DNA of 64,000 bases from contig JAGWXT010000004.1 of the NCBI GenBank assembly GCA_018969715.1, forward strand, positions 77,921 through 141,920, given 5' to 3'. Numbering within the stretch: position 1 is the first letter of the stretch; every line of letters begins with the position of its first letter. Positions 1 through 10,826 of this stretch are shown here, one piece after another. A program made the position numbers and the translations under genes. This stretch comes from Actinomycetales bacterium (lineage in GTDB: Bacteria; Actinomycetota; Actinomycetes; S36-B12; UBA5976). The notes beneath the pieces are model-generated. The model was not told where the DNA came from. It searched no databases and saw only the letters and a program-made list of their open reading frames with translations.

Positions 1-1443
1 GGCCTGTCAGCGGCACTGCGGCTGGCCGGGGCCGGCCGCAGCGTCACCGTGCTGGAACGTGAGGATGTCCCGGGCGGTCGCAATGGCCTGCTGGTCGACT
101 CCGGCTACCACTTCGACACCGGCCCATCGGTGCTGACCATGCCCGACCTCATCGCCGATGCCTTCGACGCCGTCGGCGAGCAGATGTCGGACTGGCTCAC
201 CCTCGAACCGGTGCGTCCGCTCTACCGTGCCTACTACCCCGATGGCTCCCGGCTGGACGTCCACGCCGATCCGCAGGAGATGGCTGCGGAGATCTCGCGG
301 GTGATCGGTCCAGCGGAGGCTGACGGCTACCTTCGCTACGTCGACTTCGTCTCCCGCCTGTACACCCTGGAGATGCGCGACTTCATCGACCGCAATATCG
401 ACTCACCGCTGGACCTGCTCACCCCGAATCTCGCCCGGCTGGTCGCGCTCGGGGGCTTCCGTCGGCTGGCACCGAAGGTTGCGCAGTACCTCAAGGATCC
501 GCGCACCCAGCGCGTCTACTCATTCCAGGCCATGTACGCGGGGCTGTCGCCCTACCAGGCCCTCGCGATCTATGCGGTGATCGCCTACATGGACTCCGTT
601 GCCGGGGTGTTCTTCCCCAAGGGGGGCATGCATGCGGTGCCGCGAGCGCTGGCCGGCGCCGCCGAGAAGCATGGCGTGACCTTCCGTTACCGGACCACCG
701 CTGCCCGCGTGGAGACCGTCGGCGACCGGGCAACCGCGGTGATCACCGATGACGGTGAGCGGATTCCCGCCGACGTCGTGATCCTCAACCCGGACCTTCC
801 GGTGGCCTACCGGGACCTGCTCGGCCACCAGCCGTGGTCGGTGCGGCGGCTGCGCTACAGCCCTTCCGCATTCGTCATGCACGTCGGCTCCCGAAAGTCC
901 TACTCGCAGATTGCCCACCACAACATCCACTTCGGTCGTTCCTGGCGCGGGGTATTCGATGAACTCATCCGCCAGCGGCGCCTGATGACCGATCCCAGCC
1001 TGCTCGTCACCGCGCCCACCATGTCCGACCCGGCGCTGGCGCCCGCGGATCGGCAGATCTACTACATCCTCTTCCCGACACCGAACCTCGATGCCGCGAT
1101 CGACTGGCGTGCCGAGACCAGTCGCTACCGGGATGAGGTGCTGGCAACGCTGGAGGAGCGCGGATACCGGGGGTTCACCGACGCCATCGAGGTGGAGCAC
1201 ATCACCACGCCACTGGACTGGGCGGACCGCGGGATGGAGCGGGGGGCGCCCTTCGCTGCCGCTCACACGTTCTTCCAGACCGGGCCATTCCGACCCGGCA
1301 ACCGCTGGGGTCGCAATGTCGTCTTCACCGGATCGGGCACCCAGCCGGGAGTGGGCGTGCCGATGGTGCTGTGCTCGGGTCGTTTGGCCGCGGAGCGCAT
1401 CCTCGGCCGTGATCCGTCCTACCGCTCCCGCGCCTACACCTGA
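1..1443 (+). CDS. crtI: phytoene desaturase (5' end lies before the window)
   Basis: Frame is open from base 1 (GLSAALRLAGAGRSVTVLERE, tail of the FAD-binding motif). Also FDTGPSVL and the C-terminal GSGTQPGVGVPMV; adjacent to crtB. Confidence 0.93.
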   Translation, partial: GLSAALRLAGAGRSVTVLEREDVPGGRNGLLVDSGYHFDTGPSVLTMPDLIADAFDAVGEQMSDWLTLEPVRPLYRAYYPDGSRLDVHADPQEMAAEISRVIGPAEADGYLRYVDFVSRLYTLEMRDFIDRNIDSPLDLLTPNLARLVALGGFRRLAPKVAQYLKDPRTQRVYSFQAMYAGLSPYQALAIYAVIAYMDSVAGVFFPKGGMHAVPRALAGAAEKHGVTFRYRTTAARVETVGDRATAVITDDGERIPADVVILNPDLPVAYRDLLGHQPWSVRRLRYSPSAFVMHVGSRKSYSQIAHHNIHFGRSWRGVFDELIRQRRLMTDPSLLVTAPTMSDPALAPADRQIYYILFPTPNLDAAIDWRAETSRYRDEVLATLEERGYRGFTDAIEVEHITTPLDWADRGMERGAPFAAAHTFFQTGPFRPGNRWGRNVVFTGSGTQPGVGVPMVLCSGRLAAERILGRDPSYRSRAYT

Positions 1444-1464
1444 TCCGGTCCCGGGCGACGGGTA

Positions 1465-2427
1465 GTGTCAGGCGTCGTGTCGGGACGGGATCTGGATGCC
1501 GCCGGGATCACTGAGCCACGGCTGCGGGAGTCGTACGCCCGCTGCCGTGAACTCAACGCGGCGCACGGCAAGACCTACTACCTCGCCACCCTCCTGCTGC
1601 CCCCGGGCAAGCGCCCCTACGTCCACGCCCTCTACGGCTTCGCCCGCTACGCCGATGAGATCGTCGACGACCTGGCAAGCACGCTCAGCGATGAGCAGAA
1701 GGCGCAATGGCTGACCGGCTGGGGTGAGCGGTTCCTCGATGACCTCGACCGCGGCCACTCGACGGACCCGGTGTGCGCGGCGGTTGTCGACACCGTCACC
1801 CGTTGGCGGATCCCCCGGGCGCACTTCGAGGCCTTCCTCACGTCGATGGCGATGGACCTCACCGTCCGGGAGTACCAGACTTACGACGACCTGTACCAGT
1901 ACGTCTACGGCTCGGCAGCAGTGATCGGGCTGCAGATGGTGCCCATCCTGGAACCGAGTGACCCGCAGGCCTACGACCATGCCATGGAGCTTGGCGTGGC
2001 CTTCCAGCTGGCGAACTTCATCCGTGATGTCGCGGAGGACCTCGATCGAGGACGCGTGTACCTGCCACTGCGCGAACTGGCCGAGCATGGGGTGACCCGA
2101 GCCGACCTTGAGCGCCGGGAGCTGACGCCAGCCCTGCGCGCGGCACTGGCAGCACAGGTGTCCCGCGTGCGCGTACTGGAGGAGCGCAGCCGACCGGGGA
2201 TCGCCATGCTCCATCCCAGCAGCCAGCCGTGCATTGAGGCCGCGCGGGTGCTCTACTGCGGGATCGTCGATGCCGTGGCGGCCATCGACTACCAGGTCTT
2301 CCAGCGGCGCGCGCGGGTGTCAATGTCGCGGCGACTGGCGGTGGCGGGCCCGGCTTGGCTACGCGCGGTCCGCGCCCGACGGAGGTTCGGGCCGGGACAC
2401 GTCCGCGGCCTCGTCGACAACGCCTGA
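1465..2427 (+). CDS. crtB: phytoene synthase
   Basis: HGKTYYLAT, ALYGFARYADEIVDD, FQLANFIRDVAEDLDRGRVYLP motifs. Confidence 0.95.
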   Translation: MSGVVSGRDLDAAGITEPRLRESYARCRELNAAHGKTYYLATLLLPPGKRPYVHALYGFARYADEIVDDLASTLSDEQKAQWLTGWGERFLDDLDRGHSTDPVCAAVVDTVTRWRIPRAHFEAFLTSMAMDLTVREYQTYDDLYQYVYGSAAVIGLQMVPILEPSDPQAYDHAMELGVAFQLANFIRDVAEDLDRGRVYLPLRELAEHGVTRADLERRELTPALRAALAAQVSRVRVLEERSRPGIAMLHPSSQPCIEAARVLYCGIVDAVAAIDYQVFQRRARVSMSRRLAVAGPAWLRAVRARRRFGPGHVRGLVDNA

Positions 2428-2907
2428 TTCGCCCGGGGGAGGCTGACCGCCGCCCAGCGCGGACCGGGCGCCCGGTTGCTCGACCGCCGGATCGGCTACC
2501 GCCCGGGACACCCCCAGGATCCCGCCGCGCGGCCACCACCGCGGCGGCGGGCCGGAGTAGGGGGTGCGCTGAACCCCGCGGGCTCCCCACCACACCCACA
2601 TCGACAGGGTGAGCAGGATCATTGCGAAGCCGAACAGCAGGTCCTCCACGGGTGCGAAGGCAAGCCGTCCATCGCCGATGAACGGCGGCCGCACCTCCCG
2701 GTAGTCCCCCGCACCCACGATGAAGGCCGGGTCGTAGGTGACGATGCGCAGTCCGGTCAGCACGCCATTGGTGAGCAGTTGGAACACGATGATGATGGCG
2801 TAGGACAGCCAGAAGGTAGGGCCCGCCACCACCCGCGTGCGCAGGATGAGCAGGTCGATGACGACCGCGAGCAGCACTGCCACAACACCGATCTCCGTGT
2901 AGGTCAT
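2359..2907 (-). CDS. lycopene cyclase domain protein (heterodimeric cyclase subunit, CrtYd-like) with C-terminal tail
   Basis: Hydrophobic protein with LTNGVLTG..IVTYD and APVEDLLFGF motifs; paired with a second subunit next to crtB. Confidence 0.85.
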   Translation of the reverse strand: MTYTEIGVVAVLLAVVIDLLILRTRVVAGPTFWLSYAIIIVFQLLTNGVLTGLRIVTYDPAFIVGAGDYREVRPPFIGDGRLAFAPVEDLLFGFAMILLTLSMWVWWGARGVQRTPYSGPPPRWWPRGGILGVSRAVADPAVEQPGARSALGGGQPPPGESGVVDEAADVSRPEPPSGADRA

Positions 2908-3236
2908 GGCCGCGGCTCATCGTCGGCAACCGGCCATCGCTTGATCGCACGGATCGCCTCGAAGGTCAGTAGGGATGCGATCGGCACGACAATGAAGAAT
3001 GCGATCTCCTCCAGTGGGACAACACCCAGGCGCAGGCCGGTGACGCGCTCGGGGTCGAAGAACCAGTGCCCGGACACGATTGCGTAGACGTCCCACGCGA
3101 TGAAGAACCCGAGGACGGGCAGCAGTGCCAGCAGCAGGCGCAGCGGCTTGCGGTAGACGCGCGCCCCGAGGATCGCCTCAAGTCCCGCGGTGGCGACGAT
3201 GATGAAGGCCAGAACGGCGAAGTAGGACAGCCTCAC
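2904..3236 (-). CDS. lycopene cyclase domain protein (CrtYc-like subunit)
   Basis: FIAWDVYAI..GHWFFD and VPLEEIAFF motifs. Chosen GTG start overlaps the upstream TGA (GTGA). Confidence 0.85.
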   Translation of the reverse strand: MRLSYFAVLAFIIVATAGLEAILGARVYRKPLRLLLALLPVLGFFIAWDVYAIVSGHWFFDPERVTGLRLGVVPLEEIAFFIVVPIASLLTFEAIRAIKRWPVADDEPRP

Positions 3237-4576
3237 CGTCCCGCACCGGCAAGCATCTCGGCGACCCGGAAGGCGAGTTCGAGCGACTGGACGCGATTGA
3301 GTCGCGGATCGCAAGCGGTCTCGTAGCGGGTTGGGAGGTCACCCTCACTGACACCTGCGATCCCCCCGACGCACTCGGTGACGTCATCGCCGGTGAGCTC
3401 GATGTGGATGCCGCCCGGGTGGGTGCCGAGGTCACGGTGGACGTCGAAGAAGCCCTGCACCTCGGCCATCACCTCGCCGAGCAGCCGCGTCTTGTGCCCA
3501 CTGGCGGCGGACCGGGTATTGCCGTGCATCGGATCGCATACCCAGACAACCGGGTGCCCGGTCTGCTCAACCGCCTCGATCAGCGGCGGGAGGCGGTCCG
3601 CCACTGCCTCGGCCCCCAGCCTGGTGATGATCATCAGCCGGCCGGGGGTGGCGTCGGGGTCAAGCCGTTCCACCATCTCAACCAGCCGCTGCGGTGTGAC
3701 CGTCGGCCCGACCTTGACCCCGATCGGATTGCGCACCCGGCAGGCGAAGTCGATATGCGCACCCAACGGGTCCCGCGTCCGCTCCCCCACCCACAGCAGG
3801 TGCGCCGACAGGTCGTACAGCCAGCCTGTGCGGGGATCCACTCGAGTCAGTGCCCGCTCATAGTCCAGCAGCAGCGCCTCATGGCTGGTGAAGAACTCGA
3901 CACTGCGGAACTCCTGCGGGTCGGCGCCGCAGGCATGCATGAATGCCAGCGCCCGAGTGATGTCGGAGGCCATTCGCTCATAGCGCTCCCCCTGTGCGGT
4001 ACTTGCTGCGAAGTCCCGGTTCCAGGCGTGGACCATCCGCAGGTCAGCACTGCCCCCCTGCGTGAATGCGCGAATGAGGTTGAGCGTGGCGCTGGCCGCG
4101 TGATACGCCCGGACCATCCGATAGGGGTCGGCGCGGCGCGCTTCCGGGGTGAACGCGAGGTCGTTGATCGCATCCCCGCGGTAGGAGGGCAGCTCAACCT
4201 CCCCGATGCGCTCTGTGGGCTGACTGCGGGGCTTGGCGTACTGGCCCGCCATCCGGCCGATCTTCACCACCGGCAGCGTCGCTCCGTACGTGAGGACCAC
4301 AGCCATCTGCAGGATGGTCTTGAGCCGAGCTCGGATGGAGTTGGCGGTGTTCGCCTCGAAGGTCTCCGCGCAGTCACCCCCGGTCAGGACGAAAGCCTCG
4401 CCGCGGGAGGCCTCAGCCAGTCGGCTGGTGAGCAGATCGCACTCCGTCGCGTTGACCAGCGCGGGCAGTGCGCTCAGGCGTCGCACAGCGTCGGCCAGAA
4501 CGGCCTGATCGGGCCATTCCGGCTGCTGCAGGGCGGCGGGCCGCACCGCCGGCAGGTGGGTACTCACGGGATTCAT
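3233..4576 (-). CDS. class II DAHP synthase (3-deoxy-7-phosphoheptulonate synthase)
   Basis: QQPEWPD, GGDCAETF, GRMAGQYAKPRS, CDPMHGNT, YETACDPRLN motifs. Confidence 0.95.
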   Translation of the reverse strand: MNPVSTHLPAVRPAALQQPEWPDQAVLADAVRRLSALPALVNATECDLLTSRLAEASRGEAFVLTGGDCAETFEANTANSIRARLKTILQMAVVLTYGATLPVVKIGRMAGQYAKPRSQPTERIGEVELPSYRGDAINDLAFTPEARRADPYRMVRAYHAASATLNLIRAFTQGGSADLRMVHAWNRDFAASTAQGERYERMASDITRALAFMHACGADPQEFRSVEFFTSHEALLLDYERALTRVDPRTGWLYDLSAHLLWVGERTRDPLGAHIDFACRVRNPIGVKVGPTVTPQRLVEMVERLDPDATPGRLMIITRLGAEAVADRLPPLIEAVEQTGHPVVWVCDPMHGNTRSAASGHKTRLLGEVMAEVQGFFDVHRDLGTHPGGIHIELTGDDVTECVGGIAGVSEGDLPTRYETACDPRLNRVQSLELAFRVAEMLAGAGR

Positions 4577-4589
4577 GAGGGGGATGTGC

Positions 4590-5615
4590 TCATCCGAAGA
4601 AGGCCGCCGCCTCGGCATAGCGGCTGGCTGGCACGGTCTTGAGCGTGCCCGTCGCCTCAGACAGCGGCACGTAGTTCACATCGGTACCGCGCAGGGCCAT
4701 CATCATGCCCCACGCCTCGTCACGCAGCGCCGCCGCTGCGGTCAATCCCAGCCGGGAGGCCAGCACCCGGTCATAGGCGGTCGGACTGCCACCGCGCTGC
4801 AGGTGTCCGAGCACCACCGCTCGTGACTCCAAGCCGGTCTGCTGCTCAAGATCGGCGGCGAGCAGCTCACCGATACCGGAGAGCTTGACGTGACCGAAGG
4901 CATCGCGTGAGGCGTCCTTCGTCACCAGTTCGCCCGTCGCCGCGGTGGCACCCTCCGCTGCCACGACGATTGCGTAGCCGGTTCGCTGGGCGCGCGACCG
5001 AACCCAGTCCGCAACCTCGCCCGGGTGGTACGGCACCTCGGGGATCAGCGTCACCGCCGCATCCGCTGCCATCCCCGTGTGCAGGGCGATCCAGCCGGCG
5101 TGCCGACCCATCACCTCCACGACGAGCACCCGGTGATGGGACCGAGCAGTGGTGTGGAGCCGGTCGACCGCCTCCGTTGCGATCGCGACGGCCGTATCGA
5201 ACCCGAAGGTGTAGTCGGTGCCGGACAGGTCGTTGTCGATGGTCTTGGGCACCCCGATGACCTGGCAGCCAGCCGCAGTCAGGTGAGTGGCGACGCCCAG
5301 GGTGTCCTCGCCGCCGATCGCCACCAGGGCCTCGACACCGTCACTGCGAAGGTTCTCGACGATGCGCTCCACGCCCGCATCAACCTTGAGCGGGTTGGTG
5401 CGGGACGACCCGAGGATCGTCCCTCCCACCGAGACGATGTCGGCCACCGTCGCGATGTCCAGGGGCATCGTCAGACCGGTCAGGGGCCCCTTCCACCCGT
5501 CCCGGTAGCCGAGGAAGTCGAAACCGAACTCCTCCACACCCCGCACGACCAGACCGCGGATCACGGCATTCAGCCCCGGGGCATCCCCGCCGCCGGTAAG
5601 GACCCCCACTCGCAT
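4590..5615 (-). CDS. pfkA: 6-phosphofructokinase
   Basis: LTGGGDAPGLNAVIR, GGTILGSSR, PKTIDND, VEVMGRHAGWIAL, LGHLQRGG motifs. Confidence 0.96.
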   Translation of the reverse strand: MRVGVLTGGGDAPGLNAVIRGLVVRGVEEFGFDFLGYRDGWKGPLTGLTMPLDIATVADIVSVGGTILGSSRTNPLKVDAGVERIVENLRSDGVEALVAIGGEDTLGVATHLTAAGCQVIGVPKTIDNDLSGTDYTFGFDTAVAIATEAVDRLHTTARSHHRVLVVEVMGRHAGWIALHTGMAADAAVTLIPEVPYHPGEVADWVRSRAQRTGYAIVVAAEGATAATGELVTKDASRDAFGHVKLSGIGELLAADLEQQTGLESRAVVLGHLQRGGSPTAYDRVLASRLGLTAAAALRDEAWGMMMALRGTDVNYVPLSEATGTLKTVPASRYAEAAAFFG

Positions 5616-5752
5616 GAGCGCTCACCCTCCATCACTCGACTCACCACGGGGCATGAGACCCGGTGGCCGCGCCCAATCTACCGAGGGCGCCTTGGGCGCT
5701 TCGGTGCCTGCGGCAGCAGCGGGGGACGGGAATGTCAAGCCGTCCGTCGCAG

Positions 5753-5779
5753 TTAGCACTCTCGGACCGTGAGTGCCAG
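5753..5779 (+). promoter_or_regulatory. CIRCE element (HrcA operator)
   Basis: TTAGCACTC-N9-GAGTGCCAG versus consensus TTAGCACTC-N9-GAGTGCTAA, upstream of a heat-shock gene. Confidence 0.88.
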
Positions 5780-5942
5780 CCTCCGGGCAGGACCCGCACG
5801 GTCACGCAGCACCGCCCGGCCACACCGGCGGACCGCGAACGGCGCACCGGGAACCCCCGTGGCAACGGCTCGCGGATCAGGCAGTTCCGCGAACCAGCAG
5901 CTCCAGAACCAGCAGCTCCCCCGAACAGAAGGAGAGAACACC

Positions 5943-6398
5943 ATGGCTGCAGTTGTGCGTTTCGACCCATTCACGACACTGGCAACCCTTGACAGCGAGT
6001 TTGACGCCCTCGTGCGACGGACCCTGTCGGCCGCACCCAACGCGTGGGTCCCCGCAGCGGACATCACCCGCGAGGGCAATGACACGGTCGTCACCCTTGA
6101 GATCCCAGGGGTGCCGGCAGCGGAGGTCACCGTCGAGGTCATCAACCGGACGCTCGTCATCAGCGGCACTCGGCCCGAGCCGGTCCGCGCGGAGGGAGCG
6201 CAGGAGATGCGGCGGGAGATCCGGCGCGGCGAGTTCAGCCGCCAGTTCCGCCTGCCCGAGCACGTCACCGCATCGGATGTCTCGGCCGCTGCGGCTGAGG
6301 GTGTGCTGACTGTCCGCGTGGCGAACACCACCCCGCCGGCCCCGGTGCCGACCCGGATCGAGGTGGCAACCGCAGCGGAGCCGGTCGCCGGCGCCTGA
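5943..6398 (+). CDS. small heat shock protein Hsp20/alpha-crystallin
   Basis: RFDPF N-terminus, WVPAADI, EIPGV, EIRRGEFSRQFRLPE, GVLTVRV. RBS AGAAGGAG precedes ATG 5943. Confidence 0.93.
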   Translation: MAAVVRFDPFTTLATLDSEFDALVRRTLSAAPNAWVPAADITREGNDTVVTLEIPGVPAAEVTVEVINRTLVISGTRPEPVRAEGAQEMRREIRRGEFSRQFRLPEHVTASDVSAAAAEGVLTVRVANTTPPAPVPTRIEVATAAEPVAGA

Positions 6399-6410
6399 GC
6401 CATCCGGGCT

Positions 6411-6514
6411 GTCCACTGCCGGAGGCACCGCCCCCGCATCGTGGGTCCACTGCCGGGGGCACCGCCCCCGCATCGTGGGTCCACTGCCGGGGGCACCGCC
6501 CCCGCATCGTGGGT
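6411..6514. repeat. 3 x 34-bp intergenic tandem repeat with an internal hairpin
   Basis: Unit TCCACTGCCGGGGGCACCGCCCCCGCATCGTGGG at 6412, 6446 and 6480 (one mismatch in copy 1); no spacers. Confidence 0.95.
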
Positions 6515-6650
6515 ATCGTGCGGGGGTGATGTGCCGGCACCGGCAGGCGTTGCCCGAGGACGGGCCTAAGGCTCCCTCGGGACTCGGCGACCCCGCGGTC
6601 GTACCCGGCCACCACGGTCGGGGCCGGCCGCGGGACGGCCGGGCATCCCG

Positions 6651-8213
<1,563 letters not shown>

Positions 8214-8217
8214 GTCG

Positions 8218-9522
8218 ATGAGCGCAACACCGATTGGCGCGGCGCCGCCGCCGGCGACCGAGGCCACCGGTTCGACCTCGATCTCGGCCGCCATCGCGGC
8301 AATCGCCGAGGGCGGCATCGTCGTGGTCCTCGATGATGAGGATCGCGAGGACGAGGCCGACCTGATCATGGCCGCACAGTTCGCCTCTGCCGAGCAGGTG
8401 GCGTTCTTCCTTGCCCACACCAGCGGGTTCCTCTGCGTGTCGATGCCGCCCGACCGCGCACGGACCCTGGCCTTGGACCCGATGGTCGAGGAGAACACGG
8501 AATTCCACCGGACGGCCTTCCTCACCAGCGTGGATCTGCGGGCGGGCACCACGACCGGCATCTCGGCGGTCGATCGCAGCCTGACCATTCGCGCCCTGGC
8601 CGATCCCGCCACCCAGCCCGAGGACCTCGCGCGACCCGGGCACGTCATGCCGCTGGCGGCCCGCCGGGGTGGGGTGCTCAAGCGGGCCGGGCATACCGAG
8701 GCTGCCGTTGACCTGTGCCAACTTGCCGGCGTCCATCCGGTTGGGCTGCTGGCCGAACTGGTGACCCCTGACCGGGTGGACATGATGCGCGGCCCAGCCG
8801 CCCGGGCCTTCGCTGCTGAGCACGGCCTGCCCGTGCTGACCATCGCCTCGCTGATCGGGCATCTGCGGCGGACCCGCCGCATCGTTGAGCGGGCCGGGGA
8901 GGCGACGATCCCGACCGCGGTGGGTGACTTTCGCGCGATCGCCTTTCGCGGGACTCTCGATGACTCCGAGCACCTCGCCCTGGTCATGGGGGACGTGGGC
9001 AGGGTCGACGCCAGCGGGCAGACCGAGGGACCGGCAGCCGACGACGACGCGGACGAGATCCTCGTCCGCGTGCACAGTGAGTGCATAACTGGGGATGTGA
9101 TGGGCTCCTTGCGCTGTGACTGCGGCGACCAGTTGCGCGCCGCGATGGCGATCATCGCCGAGAACGGTCGCGGTGTCATCGTGTACCTGCGCGGTCATGA
9201 GGGCCGTGGCATCGGGCTCGGGCACAAGCTGCGCGCCTATCAGTTGCAGTCGGAGCTCAACCTGGACACCGTCGACGCCAACCTCGCGCTGGGCCTGCCG
9301 GTCGACAGTCGCGAGTACGGGGTGGGCGCGCAGATCCTCGCTGATCTGGGGGTGCGCAATGTTCGCCTGCTCACCAACAATCCACGCAAGTACGGCGGCC
9401 TGGAGGGATATGGCATCCGGATCGTTGCGAAGGTGCCGCTGATCACGCCGAGCAACCCGCACAATGCGTCCTACCTCGCCACCAAGCGGGATCGGCTGGG
9501 CCATGAGCTGGACAGCCTGTGA
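8218..9522 (+). CDS. ribBA: bifunctional DHBP synthase / GTP cyclohydrolase II
   Basis: DDEDREDEADL, TTGISAVDR, RPGHVMPL, GHTEAAVDL, VRVHSECITGD..RCDCG, HEGRGIGL, LLTNNPRK motifs. Confidence 0.95.
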   Translation: MSATPIGAAPPPATEATGSTSISAAIAAIAEGGIVVVLDDEDREDEADLIMAAQFASAEQVAFFLAHTSGFLCVSMPPDRARTLALDPMVEENTEFHRTAFLTSVDLRAGTTTGISAVDRSLTIRALADPATQPEDLARPGHVMPLAARRGGVLKRAGHTEAAVDLCQLAGVHPVGLLAELVTPDRVDMMRGPAARAFAAEHGLPVLTIASLIGHLRRTRRIVERAGEATIPTAVGDFRAIAFRGTLDDSEHLALVMGDVGRVDASGQTEGPAADDDADEILVRVHSECITGDVMGSLRCDCGDQLRAAMAIIAENGRGVIVYLRGHEGRGIGLGHKLRAYQLQSELNLDTVDANLALGLPVDSREYGVGAQILADLGVRNVRLLTNNPRKYGGLEGYGIRIVAKVPLITPSNPHNASYLATKRDRLGHELDSL

Positions 9523-10088
9523 GCGTGCACGTGCTCGCACTGAGCGGCTCCACCCGGCCCGGTTCAACCTCGGAGGGCGCCCTCCATGCCGTCAGCCGGC
9601 TGCTTGCTGAGCGCACCGCCACCGTCACCCACCTCACCGGCCGGGAACTGCTGCTGCCGGTGTACGACACGGAGTCGACCGAGCGGCAGCCGGGGGTCCT
9701 GCGCCTGCTTGCTGAGGTGACGCGAGCCGATGCGGTGATCCTCGCCTCCCCGGGGTATCACGCAGGCATGTCCGGGCTGCTCAAGAACGCCCTTGACTAC
9801 CTCGAGGACACCGCGAGCGCTGACCGCCCCTACTTCACCGACCGGCCGGTGGGGCTGATCGCAACCGCCCGTGGCTGGCAGGCGGCCGTGGCAACCCTCG
9901 CCGGGATGCGCTCGGTGGTGCACGCCCTGCGAGGCTGGCCGACCCCCCTGGGGGTGTGCATCAACTCCGCCCTGACACCGGTGACCCCCGATGGGCGGTG
10001 CGCGGACCCGGCCGTCATCGCGCAGTTGACCACCCTCGCCGACCAGGTCCTGCGGGGGCCGATTCGACACCAAACGGCTCGAGACTAA
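9519..10088 (+). CDS. NADPH-dependent FMN reductase
   Basis: LSGSTRPGS and ASPGYHAGMSGLLKNALDY flavodoxin-like motifs; GTGA overlap with ribBA. Confidence 0.9.
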   Translation: MSVHVLALSGSTRPGSTSEGALHAVSRLLAERTATVTHLTGRELLLPVYDTESTERQPGVLRLLAEVTRADAVILASPGYHAGMSGLLKNALDYLEDTASADRPYFTDRPVGLIATARGWQAAVATLAGMRSVVHALRGWPTPLGVCINSALTPVTPDGRCADPAVIAQLTTLADQVLRGPIRHQTARD

Positions 10089-10100
10089 GGAGCATCGAGG

Positions 10101-10826
10101 ATGGCAGCGCCCGTGATCGCCATCATCCCGGCCCGCGGGGGCTCCCGGCGAGTTCCGGGCAAGAACATCCGCGACTTCCATGGCAGGCCGATGCTCGCCT
10201 GGACCATCGAGAACGCCCGCCTTGCCGGCATCTTCGACGAGATCGTCGTCTCCACCGATGACCCGCAGGTGAGCGGGGTCGCCGAGGCCAACGGGGCTTC
10301 GGCTCCGTTCGTGCGTCCGGCTGAGCTCGCCGACGACTACACCGGCACACAGCCGGTCATCGCCCATGCGATCAGCGCCCTGGCGCTGGCGGAATCGGCC
10401 CTCGTCTGCTGCCTCTACCCAGCGGCTGCACTACTGACGCCGGAGGATCTGCGCCTGTCCAGCACTATTGCCAAGGCCTCAGGTGGGGATCCGCCGTGTG
10501 CCTCCGTGGTTGCCTATCCGCATCCGGTCGCCCGCGCCCTGCGCCTGGACAGCTCCGGTCAACTCACCTGGCAGGATCCAGCCGCCGCACCGAGCCGAAC
10601 TCAGGACCTCCCCTCGCTCGTCCACGATGCAGGCCAGTTCTACTGGGCGAGCCCAGCGCGGTGGCGGTCCGGTGAGAGCCTGCTGAATGGGGCGTACGGC
10701 TATCAGCTGCCGGCATGGCGGGCGGTCGACATTGACACCGAGGAGGACTGGGACCACGCCGCGGTGATCGCGGCCGGGCTGCGCGCAATGGCGTGCGGGA
10801 TCAGTGGCGGCAGTCCTCCTCCATGA
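10101..10826 (+). CDS. pseF: pseudaminic acid cytidylyltransferase
   Basis: IIPARGGSRRVPGKNI, VSTDD, FVRPAELADD, RTQDL..HDAGQFYW, VDIDTEEDW motifs; abuts pseI. Confidence 0.88.
   Translation: MAAPVIAIIPARGGSRRVPGKNIRDFHGRPMLAWTIENARLAGIFDEIVVSTDDPQVSGVAEANGASAPFVRPAELADDYTGTQPVIAHAISALALAESALVCCLYPAAALLTPEDLRLSSTIAKASGGDPPCASVVAYPHPVARALRLDSSGQLTWQDPAAAPSRTQDLPSLVHDAGQFYWASPARWRSGESLLNGAYGYQLPAWRAVDIDTEEDWDHAAVIAAGLRAMACGISGGSPPP

Noticed and set aside
5733-5738. TTGACA on the minus strand as the pfkA -35
   Set aside because: No TANNNT -10 at 16-18 bp spacing.
6411-6514. CRISPR array (34-bp palindromic repeats)
   Set aside because: The repeats are directly adjacent with no spacers, and there are no cas genes.
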